Origin: Candidatus Latescibacterota bacterium
Lineage (GTDB): Bacteria; Latescibacterota; UBA2968; UBA8231
DNA length: 64,000 bases
Direction: 5' to 3'
Assembly (NCBI GenBank): GCA_965206595.1
Contig: OZ242214.1
Span: 4,032,001-4,096,000 of the forward strand
The first letter of the stretch is position 1, and each line of letters opens with the position of its first letter. A program made the position numbers and the translations under genes. The notes beneath the pieces are model-generated. The model did not search any database, had not been told where the DNA came from, and worked only from the letters and a program-made list of their open reading frames with translations. Shown here piece after piece: positions 29,584 through 40,317 of the stretch.

Positions 29584-30552
29584 ATGAACGTGAGACGCAA
29601 TGATGAATACCTGAGAGAGGCGGTCGCGGCGGCGGCGCGTGCTCGGGACGCGATGAAGCCGGTCTTTGACTTATGCCAGGGACTGCGACAGGCGATGCAG
29701 CCCTTTGCCGATCTGCAAGAGCAGATCGTGAAGATTCAGGCGCAAATCCGGAAATCGCACGAGCAGAACCTGGCGGTGGTGCGGGAAATCCAGGGCCATG
29801 CGCGGTTTACGAGCGCCGTTGCAAAGCTCGATCTTGGACCGTTGAAGGCCGTGGCGGAACAACTGGCAAATGATGTCCGCAGGGCGCAGGCGTTCGACAC
29901 AGCGGGATGGCTCCCCCACCACAGCACGCCGCTCGATCAGGTGGAGAAATGCGCTGGCGATAGCGACACGATTCACGCGCTTCTGTCCAGCTACTACAAG
30001 GAGCGGTGGCGCGAAGTGCGCCAGAACATTGAGACGCGGCTGACCGAGTACGGGCTGGACGAAGAAGCGAAGGAAACGTTTGGCGAGGCGCTAACGGCTC
30101 ACGAGACTGGTCTCTATCGCAGTGTCTGTCGCCTCTTGTTTCCGGAGATCGAGCGGGTTGCCCGCAAGGAACTGCACGGCGACAAGATGGAACGGATAAC
30201 CAGCCAGCATGTGCTGCGTAAGGTTGCGGGCTGCATCCCCATATCAGCGATGGAGCCCGGAGGCTTCCTCGGACTGAACCTGTTCGACCGGCTGTCGAAT
30301 CATCTCTACGAAACGGCGTACGACGAAGACGCCAGGCAACGTCTCGCGAGGGATCCGGTACCGAACCGGCATGCCGTAGTGCACGGTCTGGTAGTGTATT
30401 CGTCGATGCAGAACAGTCTGAACGCCATCTTCATGACGGATTACATCTTTCTGGTTATCAGCTTGTTGAAGGTGCTGGAGGACCCGCCGCGGAAAGCCAG
30501 GAAGGAGAGCGGGCGCGAGCCCGGTGAACCCGGGCTCCGATCGGAAGGGTAG
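29584..30552 (+). CDS. Hypothetical protein with C-terminal HEPN-like R-x4-H motif
   Basis: Separate ATG at 29584; GWLPH, FPEIE and PNRHAVVHG motifs. Confidence 0.6.
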   Translation: MNVRRNDEYLREAVAAAARARDAMKPVFDLCQGLRQAMQPFADLQEQIVKIQAQIRKSHEQNLAVVREIQGHARFTSAVAKLDLGPLKAVAEQLANDVRRAQAFDTAGWLPHHSTPLDQVEKCAGDSDTIHALLSSYYKERWREVRQNIETRLTEYGLDEEAKETFGEALTAHETGLYRSVCRLLFPEIERVARKELHGDKMERITSQHVLRKVAGCIPISAMEPGGFLGLNLFDRLSNHLYETAYDEDARQRLARDPVPNRHAVVHGLVVYSSMQNSLNAIFMTDYIFLVISLLKVLEDPPRKARKESGREPGEPGLRSEG

Positions 30553-30760
30553 AGGACAGCGGCTTCGCCTACTGGACACCGACGTCAGGACGGACATTCC
30601 TTGCGTTCGACGCCGCCAAGTGGGAATTCGGGAGCTTCCCAGGGCCTCAAGCTGACAGGTTGAACATGCCTGTAGCGAAATCGGCTGGGTCAATCAACGT
30701 CGCATGGCCTTGCCGTGGGGTGAGGCGCGCACCTGAACTTCCTAACTCGCGGGTCCCTTC

Positions 30761-31528
30761 GTGCCGATAACGACCACCTCTGACCTCAGTCAGGTTTCCT
30801 TTGACTCGGACACCATGCAGGTCCTTTCGGTGTCCGGCAGTGACAAGGATTTCGTGTTCCCTCTGATCCAGGGACCGATCAACTTCTCGGTCGTGCGATC
30901 CGATGGCTTGGTTTCAAACCGTTGGGGAGTCACCATCAACCAAAAAAAAGGCGACGCGTACGTCTATAGTCGCGACGTTCCAGATGCCGAAAAAGTCAGT
31001 CTGCACGCGTCGGGACGGCAGCACATCTCCATCACGAGTGAAACGGCGAAACGCACAGGGGCTGATTATCGGTTCGGGCCCGTCTGGACCGAGCCGCAGT
31101 TTGACACGGAAGCCGTAGCCACCTTCACCCTCGTATTTCCGCCCTGGGGTGTTGGCCGAGATGCATCGGAAACCCCTGTGAATCCGAGCAAGGATGAACT
31201 GCTAATCATCGGTCACAAGGAGAAGCTTGTGCTTGTGAGTTTCTTCATCGTTGACGCCGGACGAAATATGCGAGGACGAATCCCTCACTTCGCCCTTGCG
31301 CAACTGTCGATCAGAGAAGGCAAGACGCTCCACATGATCGCGTGGAAAGAGCCGCAAAATGGCTTGATGGATCGGGTACGTGCGACGTTCCCCCAGATCT
31401 CCAGCACGTTTTCCCAACGAGGGCACGGGGAGGACGACTACACCTTGTGCCTGTCCGGGTTTCGGGCACCCAACTCCGCCTACATGGTGGTGGTACCTGT
31501 CAAATACACGGCGTCAGCACCCGAATGA
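30761..31528 (+). CDS. Hypothetical protein
   Basis: 255-aa ORF with protein-like composition; no recognised motif. Confidence 0.6.
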   Translation: MPITTTSDLSQVSFDSDTMQVLSVSGSDKDFVFPLIQGPINFSVVRSDGLVSNRWGVTINQKKGDAYVYSRDVPDAEKVSLHASGRQHISITSETAKRTGADYRFGPVWTEPQFDTEAVATFTLVFPPWGVGRDASETPVNPSKDELLIIGHKEKLVLVSFFIVDAGRNMRGRIPHFALAQLSIREGKTLHMIAWKEPQNGLMDRVRATFPQISSTFSQRGHGEDDYTLCLSGFRAPNSAYMVVVPVKYTASAPE

Positions 31529-31628
31529 TCTTACGATGGCTGGTCACTTGCTGAAATCAAGTCCGACCTAGGCTTGAATCTCTGCCATCGTCCCAGCCGC
31601 CCGCCGCCGAGTTCCGCCATCCGCGACC

Positions 31629-32417
31629 TCACTCCAAGTGCATCGACGTGTGGCTCTTGATGGCCGCGCAGACGTCCGGTCGCCGGACCCTCAACACTTC
31701 GTCGAAGACTTCCTGGACGAAAGGGGCGACCCAGTATTGCGAGTCCTCTTCGGGCGTCATGCCGCATTCTAGGTAGTCCACGTAGTCTCTGGACATCATG
31801 TAATGCCCGTTCATGAAGAACACGCACGCCAGATGCAGCACGAAGAGGTCCGCGACATCGCTTTCGATCCTGTCCAGAACGGGATGCCTGTCTACGTAGA
31901 CGTCCTTGTCGTTCAGCAGCACGAACTGGAAGTCGTTGAAGTGCATGTGGCCGTTGGACCGGTCGCGTATGCCCTTGTACCGGTCGTCGCTCTTCAGCAG
32001 CATGCCGATGACCGGCGCTAGTCGCGCCGCGCGCACTACGTAGGCCTTCATGGCCTTGTATTCCGGCAGTGGTATCGTGCCCCGCAACCAGGCCTTCACC
32101 TCGTTTTCTGCGGCCGCAGTCTCGTCGCGGCGGTCGTTCAAGTACAGGCCGACGTACAGGCTTAGCGTCACGGAGTCGAAGTACTTCCGCACCAAGGCGT
32201 ATGCGTCGTTGATGCGCCCTTCCCCGAGGATCACCCGGATTGAGTTCAACGTGCCTCCCATAGCCTGGTACAGATTCGTGTCGATGTTCACGAATGCGCC
32301 TGTGCCCGGGGATACGAACCCCATGATGGAGTCCGAGAGCCGCTCGTAGAATTCCGCGTATCGTTCAAGGGCGGCAAACACCGCGTGCGAGCGGTACGCC
32401 GGATCGTCAGTTCTCAT
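31629..32417 (-). CDS. Hypothetical protein (possibly HEPN-like helical fold)
   Basis: 262 aa, GGAGG RBS, DAYALVRKYFD...RDRSNGHMH. Confidence 0.65.
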   Translation of the reverse strand: MRTDDPAYRSHAVFAALERYAEFYERLSDSIMGFVSPGTGAFVNIDTNLYQAMGGTLNSIRVILGEGRINDAYALVRKYFDSVTLSLYVGLYLNDRRDETAAAENEVKAWLRGTIPLPEYKAMKAYVVRAARLAPVIGMLLKSDDRYKGIRDRSNGHMHFNDFQFVLLNDKDVYVDRHPVLDRIESDVADLFVLHLACVFFMNGHYMMSRDYVDYLECGMTPEEDSQYWVAPFVQEVFDEVLRVRRPDVCAAIKSHTSMHLE

Positions 32418-32605
32418 TCGTCCTCCGTTTGGGCGGCAGCCATCCGGGCTCGCAACTTTGGTCCAAGAGGGCCTTCGCCGCGAAGCCGATCACCCAAGCG
32501 AGTCAGCGTCCCCGCTGTTTCTCGACGCCCTTTCCTTTTACACCGCGGAACTAAAGCCCCACCAGTTCCAAGCCTTCCCATAGATCCCATCTCCTGGCCG
32601 GTGCT

Positions 32606-32674
32606 GCCGCTACGTGGGCCGGCTGGCCCTGGGGCGGGGCGTCTGCGCGTCCTCGATGCCGACCATCTTTCCTT
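32606..32674 (+). mobile_element. Short ISCR-like transposase fragment
   Basis: gccgctacgtgggccggctggccct...cgtctgcgcgtcctcgatgccgacc matches 43756-43824. Confidence 0.6.
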
Positions 32675-32883
32675 AGATTCGGGAGACGCGCGGCAGCTTG
32701 GCGGGGAAAGACAAACGAATTCCCGTAATCTGCAATCGACGGGCCGAGTCCTTTGCGAGACGCAACATCAATGGGCTTCGGTGGTCGTCCAAGGGCACGG
32801 CTACGACGAGGGGAGACGCGACTCAGAGTTCCAATGCATAGCTCTGCCGCGGCGTCCCTAACGCGGCCTCGGGGTCGCAGTTG

Positions 32884-34443
32884 ATGGAGACTTTCCAAGA
32901 ACGACCATGAAAACTTCTGGAACGCCGGCGAACGCGACAAGATCGGAGGACTCGACATACTGGGTCTCCGCCGGTTGGACCAGAGCATCGAGCGGGAATG
33001 GGTAGGGGGAATCACGACGATCTCGCTCCGGGCTAGGTACCTATCGCTGCTCCCGTGGGTGGTCGTCGAGTCTACGAGGAGGAACTTCGCCGAGGCGGCG
33101 GAGTGGCGTCGTTCCACGAAGGCCGCTTCTACGAGATGCTCGGCCGGCTGGAGTTCGCCGTCCTCGCGGCTACCCGCGCGAAAGAGAAGGAAGAGCGGAA
33201 TGGCGGCATCTACGGGGTGCTTGGATCGCGATCGGACTTGTTCGGCCGCGCCTTGGCGGAGCTGGACGCGAAGGGGTCCGTGGAGTTGCCGGACGGTTGG
33301 GGCGGGGCTTCGTACGGAACCTACGTCATGCCGTGCCGGTCTTTCGGGCTTGTCGAGACGGGAGATCGCGATCTCCCGGTCGTGATCCCGCCGCGCGGGA
33401 AGGCTCTGCACAAGGCGCGGCGCGACGCTCTGCAGGGCTCGGCACTCGTAGAGGCGATCCTCCATGGTGGGTCGGTAACCGCGTCGACGCTCGCTTCGGA
33501 GGCGCTGTTCTTCTCCGTGAACGGTCTTGATGAACTTCCCCGCGAGCGTGAACTCCTGCAGGAGGCCTTCGTCCACGCATACGTGGATCGCCCGGATGTA
33601 AGCGCAACATACCGACGGTTTCTGGCGACGAGCCGTTGGGCCTTCGAGCGACTCGAAACGCATACGATGTCGTCCGCGCAACTCATCGTCAGCGCCTACA
33701 AGGAGGCCGTGGATGGAGTATCGAGCAGCGACGTCGAGACAGCGTGGGCCGAATACGAACTTCGACGACGCGTGCACTTCGCGATCGAACTGCTCCTGAG
33801 CGCGTTGACCGAGACGTTGATGGACCTGACCGAGGGTACGGTGGACGACGCACTGGATACTTGGTCGAGCGAGGAGCCCCTGCCGCAACTGCTCGTTGAC
33901 GTCCTCGGCGTCGAACAACCTGTCCTTCGAGCGACGGTGGAGGAGATCGAGCGGGGCATGGCGCAGAACGCCTGGCTTAGGCGGGCAGTGCCGATCGTTG
34001 CGGGGCGAGGGCTCCCTTCATGGTGCAAGGCGATCCTCGCCGTGGGCTTACTGGTGGCATCGAAGCGCCAGACCCAGGATGTTCGAGCGGCCGGGCAGAT
34101 ACCGGACCGGCGGGGGGAGTATCTGGAGAGGGCGTTCACCGTGCTAGACGCCGAGCGGAAGAGTCCAGTGGTAACGGCGCTGCGGAGGCTTCTCGTCGAG
34201 GTGGTGATTGAGGCCCACCTCTCGACGACACTTCGGAAGATGAGCCAGGGACAGAAGTGTTCGCTACGCTTCTTTCCGGAGGGGGCGTTGCTTCGGCCTA
34301 CCGGCATTCCAGTGTCTGCCGGGCAAAGCGGCGATCGGCTGGGAAACGTGTTGGGCGTGTGGGCGGATCTCGGCGTTCTTGAGCGGCGAGATGGAGGTTT
34401 CGGTCTGACAGAGCGAGGACGCCGGCTCGTACGGGAGTTGTAG
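32884..34443 (+). pseudogene. DUF6361-like defence-associated protein with two frameshifts
   Basis: GGLDILGLR...[18 protein letters not shown]-terminus. Single-base shifts near 32892 and 33071 restore a protein of about 520 aa. Confidence 0.5.
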
Positions 34444-34445
34444 GG

Positions 34446-34669
34446 ATGCGGTCGGATGTGCTGGAGGTGATTTCGTCCGCAAGGGATGTCACCAACGCGG
34501 TCGTTCTCACGCACAACATCGACTTTGTGTTCGTGCAAACGGTGGTCCTATCGGCGTTCCGGCAATGTGGCTATCCCACGATAACAGTTTTCGCCGACAG
34601 CGGGTGTGCGGCGGAATCCTTCGCCCAGCAAAAGGCTGTACTGACCGATCTGGGCGTACGGTACCGCGT
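34446..34669 (+). pseudogene. N-terminal fragment of a PLD-like protein truncated by IS3
   Basis: AVVLTHNIDFVF...ITVFAD...RYRV pattern; breaks exactly at the IS3 inverted repeat. Confidence 0.5.
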
Positions 34670-34697
34670 TGATACTCCCCCGAAAAAGTGGACACTC

Positions 34698-35569
34698 TCA
34701 AGCGGCGATTGTGGATAACTGTTGCTCGAATGGGTCGGGTGTCACGTAGTCCAGGGTTGAATGAGTCCTTTTTCGGTTGTAGAAGACTTCGATGTATTCG
34801 AAAAGGCTGCGCTGTGCGGCCCGGTAGTCGAACCAGCGCTCGTGATAGGTCAACTCGGTCTTGAGCAGATGGAAGAAGGACTCGGCCACAGCGTTGTCCC
34901 AGCAGTCTCCTTTACGGCTCATGCTCTGCACGAAGCCTGTGTTGGGTGACCCACTCAGTGAAGCCGGTGCAGGCCTAGTGCACGCCGCGATCGGAGTGGA
35001 TGATCAAGTCCCTTCGGCGGTCGCCGTCGAATGACGGCCCGCTTCAGAGCGGTCAGCGCCACGCTGTGATCCAGCGCCGAGCTCAACGCCCAGCCAACCA
35101 CGCGTCGCGAATACAGGTCGATGAAGACCCCCAGATACAGCCAGCCGCGACCGACGCGCAGGTAGGTGAGGTCGCTGACCCACACCTGATTGGGGCGTTG
35201 CGCGGTGAAATCGCGCTGCAGCCGATTCGGCGCTACCGCAAACCGATGCCGCGAGGTTGTCGTCACCTTGAAGCGACGGCGGACGATCGAGCGCAGCCCC
35301 AGCTGCCGCATGCGCCGTGCAACGCGATTCTTGCTCACTCGCCAGCCTCGTGTCCCCAGAGCTCGAGTGATCTTCGGACTCCCGGAGCGCCGCCTGCTGG
35401 CCTCGTACAACTCGTTGATCTCGACATCCAGTCGCCGTGTCTCCTCAGTCCGAGGACGGATCGGACGCTGCTGCCAGGCGTAGAAACCGCTGCGAGACAC
35501 CTGCAGAACTCGACACAACATGGTGATCGGGTACCTCGCCCTCTCCGCCTCGATGAAGTCGTACCTCAT
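34698..35569 (-). pseudogene. IS3 OrfB DDE transposase, frameshifted
   Basis: WVSDLTYL, DLYSRRVVGW, HSDRG (shifted and followed by TAG), GDCWDNAVAESFF. Confidence 0.88.
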
Positions 35570-35853
35570 CGCGATTCGTTGGCGAAGAAGGCCGCCGCCT
35601 TTTTTAGGATATCCCGCTCCTGCGATACCCGCGTCAACTCACGACGCAGTCGCCTGATCTCCTCGTCGCTATCACTCAAGTGGCCGGTCCCCGGAAAGGC
35701 TTCCTCTGCCTTGGCCTTCAACTGCTTCTTCCAACGGCTGATGAGGCCCTGGCTGATGCCCAGGCGCCGCTCTACCTCAACAGCCGTACTCCCCTCTTCC
35801 GAGGCCATGCGGATAGCCTCCAGCTTGAACTCTCGATCATACTTTCCTGTCAT
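35566..35853 (-). CDS. IS3 OrfA
   Basis: YDREFKLEAI...LGIS...L.RW...EIRRLRREL...ERDILKKA. Confidence 0.88.
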   Translation of the reverse strand: MTGKYDREFKLEAIRMASEEGSTAVEVERRLGISQGLISRWKKQLKAKAEEAFPGTGHLSDSDEEIRRLRRELTRVSQERDILKKAAAFFANESR

Positions 35854-36325
35854 GATAACACCTCCTGCCGGAAATCTAACTCGGCGCTTCGAGGTGTCCA
35901 CTCGCATGGGGAAACATCAGAGAGTAGGACGGTCGCCCCTCCGCCGCCACGTGTTCCAGGACGGCAGCCAATCGTTCGATCCATGCTGCTTCCTTGAAGT
36001 TTGGGTATGTCACCCTTCTCTTCATCATTTTCGCCCCGCCCCTGCAATGGCAAGGTTCACGGCAGGCGAAGTTCGTTGGTATGACGGCATATCATCTCGG
36101 AGACTTTGGCATGGGGGCGGACTGAACTAGGCAAGCCACGTAGCGGCACAAAGCGTTCGAGCCCCGCCGGTAGAAGCCCACGCTTCGTCAAATGTCGGTC
36201 GGGGGAACTCTTAAGACCGAGAGGCCGCTCCGAAGAAGCCTTTGGTTTTCGGCATAGGCCATTCGTGGAAGCACGGGTTTTATCTGACCATGATCACTCA
36301 TCTGTAAAATCCGACCAACAATAGA

Positions 36326-36556
36326 TCAATTGCCGGGCAGATCAATGAATGCCTCCCGGTCAATCCCGACATCTCTCTGAATCTTGGACATGAGGCCAAC
36401 GCCGATCGTTTCACCGCCGTGAATGGGCACAACCGTGCTCCGTCCATCAGGGTGCTTCATAATCGCGTGACTCCCTCGTTGCCTCACAAGCTCGAAACCA
36501 ACCTTCCGCAGAGATCGGACCAAATGGGCACCCGTCACGCCCGGCATTCTGTTCAT
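36326..36556 (-). CDS. hicA: HicA family toxin
   Basis: GFELVRQRGSHAIMKHPDGR..VVPIH motif. Confidence 0.88.
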   Translation of the reverse strand: MNRMPGVTGAHLVRSLRKVGFELVRQRGSHAIMKHPDGRSTVVPIHGGETIGVGLMSKIQRDVGIDREAFIDLPGN

Positions 36557-36774
36557 ACGGATATTCTTTGAATGCCTACCAGTTCAAGCGGACTCGGGGC
36601 GTCTTCGCCCTCTCTTCCCTCGACTTCAAGCCAGAGGGCGATCGCCTCCTCCATCCGTTCGATCAACTGATCAATTGACGTTCCCTGGGTATGACAGCCC
36701 GGTAGACCGGGAACGCTCCCAACGTAAAAACCGTCTTCATCCTTCTCGATGACGATAGTGTATTCAGTGCTCAT
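36553..36774 (-). CDS. hicB: HicB family antitoxin
   Basis: YTIVIEKDEDG...VPGLPGCHTQG...EAIAL; ATGA overlap with hicA. Confidence 0.88.
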   Translation of the reverse strand: MSTEYTIVIEKDEDGFYVGSVPGLPGCHTQGTSIDQLIERMEEAIALWLEVEGREGEDAPSPLELVGIQRISV

Positions 36775-37194
36775 CGGATTCTCCCATAGTTCAGAACGCC
36801 ACGGGCAGATTGGGGCGGCCAACGACGGCAAGCCCACCGCAGGCCGTCAATGGGTTCCGGTTTTCCCCGTCGCGTCGAACCAGCCCGCGTGCCGCCTTGA
36901 TGTCGGCCTCGTGTCACGAGATAGAATTCTCATTGTTTTAAAACCCTGTCAAGAGGCCTTTTTTCTCCACAGCCCTCAGAATTACCGCGCCAGTCTCAAC
37001 AACATGCCGGCCTTCGCCGGCTTCCAGTGAAGCCGGGACCATGACGCCCACCTCGTCGAACGGAGTGACCCAGTCTTCGCCTCCGTACCGGGTGTAGCCG
37101 ATTTTCGCGCGAAGCCCCAGTTGTTGTCCAGCATCTGCTTCATGCCGGGGCCGGCCGTCCAACCCTGCAGTTCCATGTCGCGACTGTCCGTACC

Positions 37195-37367
37195 TCGCGC
37201 GGCTTTTCGCTGCATGCCGCTACGCGGATCGCGGGCCCTGACCGGCAGGGGCTCGAACGCTTATGGCGCTACGTGGCCCGGCCGGCCCTGGCCTCGGGGC
37301 GCCTGCGCCTCCTCGATTCGCAGCGGCTTTCCTTCGCGCTCAAAACGCCGTGGTCGGATGGGACCCG
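37195..37367 (+). mobile_element. ISCR-like transposase fragment
   Basis: GFSLHAATRIAGPDRQGLERLWRYVARPALASGRLRLLDSQRLSFALKTPWSDGT. Confidence 0.75.
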
Positions 37368-37619
37368 CGGGTGCGCACCCCCGTCGAAGGGGTGCAGGCG
37401 GCGGGTCGCTATCAGGTTGCCTTGGATGGCCGCAGCGACGACGGGATGGCGTTGGCCAGCGGCGTGTACGTGTCTCCGTTGCGCTTAGGCTCCTTCCCCT
37501 TCGGTATCCGGTAGCCGACGCGAGGCTCGGTGAAGATGTAGGTGGGGTGTTGCTCGAGCGTTGTTTCAGCCCCACCGGTTGCCAATGGGCTTGGGATGAA
37601 TCCAGGTTCGGTCATTCTT

Positions 37620-37895
37620 GGTGTCCTGACCTCCGGACGCAGCCGCAAGCTGAGGCTCGGTGAGTTGACGGTGGAGCTGCGCCATGCACCCCGCTGGCAG
37701 TTGGCAGCGCCTCATCGGCCGGCAGGCGAAGTAGTGCGCGCACTGTCCTGGCTGGGTCCCGATGGGGTGGAGGCTGGCCTGGAAATGATAGGTGGCAAGC
37801 TCTCCGCGGAGGACTTTAAGGAGTTGGCTGCATCGCGTGCTCTAATGCCTGCTTGGGTAGCAGGGCCCGTGAGCGCACTGGTGGCCAATGGCTGA
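37620..37895 (+). pseudogene. C-terminal remnant of a DUF6088/AbiEi-type antitoxin
   Basis: LTSGRSRKLRLG...ELRHAPRWQL...AGEVVRALSWLG, directly upstream of AbiEii. Confidence 0.6.
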
Positions 37896-38750
37896 CACGT
37901 CGTTTCAGTCACTCTCGCTCGAAGACCAGCGGGATGCCCTGGGGGTGGCCGCCAGCCTCAGCGGAAGACAAGCACATCTCCTGGAGAAGGACATCTGGGT
38001 TGTTCACACCTTGAGCGCTCTTGTGAAAAGCCCTTTTGGCGGGGCCTTGACGTTCAAGGGAGGAACCTCTCTGGCCAAGGCATATCACGCTATTCGTCGA
38101 TTCTCGGAAGACCTCGGCATCACCCATGACATCCGCACCATTGCTCCTGACTTGGTGGAGAGAGGTGGGGGAGACGCTTTGCCATCCACGCGCAGCCAGG
38201 AGCGAAACTGGACGCGGGAAATAAGGAAGCGCTTGGCCGAATGGGTGGGAGAACATGCACGTCCCACCATCGAGACCAACCTGTCGCAATCCGGCCTGTC
38301 GGCACGGGTGCGAGCTGACCAGGACCGGGTATTCGTTGGCTATGAGCCGTTGTTCTTCTGACTACGGCTTCGTCAGGCCGGAGGTAACGCTGGGGTTTGG
38401 GGCACGCTCGACAGGAGAGCCTCGCGAGGAGCGTCAGATCGAGTGCGATGCGGCACCTTACATATCTGACGTAGCGTTCCCCACAGCTCACACCCTGGTC
38501 ATGTTGGCCGAGCGCACGTTCTGGGAGAAAGCTACCGCCATGCACGTCTTCTGTCGCCAGCAACGAAGACGCGGGGAGCGACTCTCCCGCCACTGGTATG
38601 ACCTGGTACGCCTGGATGACGCCAGCTTTGCCCAGACCGCGCTTGGCGACCGTACGCTGGCCCAATCGGTAGCGAGGCACAAGGCGATGTTCTTCCGGGA
38701 AAAGGACGCCTTGGAGTGTTGGATCGACTACGAGGCGGCAGTAACGGGGG
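37888..38750 (+). pseudogene. AbiEii/AbiGii nucleotidyltransferase toxin, frameshifted and truncated
   Basis: LEKDIWV, FKGGTSLAKAY..IRRFSED, then shifted RTFWEKATA.H...RLSRHWYDL. Confidence 0.8.
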
Positions 38751-38869
38751 GTGTCTTTAAGCATTCTTATCAAAAATCCAACGGGGGAAGAGAAAGAAAT
38801 AGCATCCGCGACACGCAGAATGATTAGGGCAATGGATGAGCTGTTTGAGTTGGAGCAATTCCTAAACCA

Positions 38870-39408
38870 CGCTACCACGGGGTCCTGGCGCCCCGGGCCC
38901 GGGCCCGCGACCGCATCGTGCCAGCCAAGCCGGTTGCCGAGTCGTCGGCGGCGGACGGCTCGGCGAGCGTTGCGTCCTGCGGCCATCGACTGCGGTGGGC
39001 GACCCTGCTGGCGCGGGTGTTTTCCTCCGACCTCAGCGAATGCGCGGCATGCGGCGGTCGCCTGAGAATCATCGCCGCCCTGACCGATCCGGCCTCGATC
39101 CGGACCTATCCTGGAGGGAGTAGGGCTGCCGGCGATGCCCCCGCCGAGGGCCCCGCCTGAGCCGCTTTTCGAGTTCGCCGCCTGACCTCCTTCGCGATGG
39201 GCTCCCGGCACCGGTGAGCCGTACGGAGGAGTGCGCGCTCAAGTACCAGATCGACCCCTGAAACGGGCCGAAATCAAATTACAACGGTACTCTGAGCTTT
39301 TCTCAAACGATTCTGGACGACGAAAAGCGATTCATCAGGGACCCTGATGGACCTTTACGCACGTTCTCAGTGAACGGAATAGTACCGATATGTGCCTGAT
39401 TCCTATAC
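38870..39408 (+). mobile_element. ISCR/IS91-like 3'-end remnant with oriIS-like terminus
   Basis: RYHGVLAPRARARDRIVP...WATLLARVF..DLSECAACGGRLRIIAA; tail ends GATTCCTATAC. Confidence 0.8.
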
Positions 39409-40317
39409 TCTTTGAGACCGTGATTTCCACCGCGTGACGTATCGAGAAGTTGCGCGCAAGCTGACGCTGCTCGGATGCCAGGAACGTGAGCGACATCGAC
39501 CGGGCGCGAGGGACTGCACTCCGCGCCGCGGGACTCGCCCCTGACAGCCGGACTCCGGCTCCCGGTGTCACGGTGTGCCCGATGTGTTGTGAGAGCGGGG
39601 AAAGCGCCGCTGGCCGCGCGGGGCTTAGCTTAGCGGGAATGGCAGCCTTACGGTCCGGCGAAAGGGTCGCCGCGACGCTCGGAGTGGCTGGCGCCGTCGT
39701 GGCGTGCGCGTGCAGTGGGTTCGACCGGCACGCCGGTCAGCGCCGGCAAGGGCATCCTGGTCGGGGAGAGCGTGTGGCCGATGCGCTCTGCAAGGTGGTC
39801 CTCACCGGATGGGCTACCTTTGTCGGATGCGGGGGTGCGCGCGAGGTCGTCGTCCAGAGTTCATTTTTGGCGGGAACCTCAGCACAACGGCGACTACATG
39901 GCAACTGGCGCGTATGGCGGCGAGCTGATAGCGTTCGCCGGGTCATGGGAACCTGCGCACAACCGCATGGTGCGGATACGTGTGTTCGACCCAGCCTCAG
40001 CCTTGGAGCGCCCCGAGACGACGTTGGGTCGTTTTACCCCAATATTGTTGGATTAAGGCTGCAGTGCTATGGTCCGTGGCGTGCTCGTACGCTCTAGTCG
40101 CTGTGGACCGCCAGAGTCTTGGGATTCGGTGCGCACGCCGCCACGAGGGAAGCTTGATGACGAATGAACCCGACGTAACCACCTGTCTGCTAGGGGTCGG
40201 AAGCCGCTTCGAGACTGCCGCCGCTAGCGTTTTCCGCCCCAGTAATTCGGAGCGGATAGCCATCGGATCCGAGCTGCGGACGGTGCCAGGCCGCGGCACC
40301 GGACGAGGGCTGGCGCA

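Larger units (their letters stand above)
34670..35919 (-). mobile_element. IS3-family element (degenerate orfB)
   Basis: TG...CA ends with imperfect 26-bp IRs sharing AGTGGACAC; orfA/orfB arrangement; A6G slippery site at about 35599-35605; no target duplication. Confidence 0.9.

Noticed and set aside
28321-30552. 743-aa ORF as a single protein
   Set aside because: A low-complexity junction at about 29470-29583 and a separate ATG at 29584 indicate chance read-through of two genes.
30726-30749. cacctgaacttcctaac as another oriIS-like end
   Set aside because: Suggestive, but I could not align the upstream sequence to the other copies.
39420-40310. ORFs upstream of GmrSD
   Set aside because: Overlapping short frames with no recognisable motif; cannot choose a real gene.
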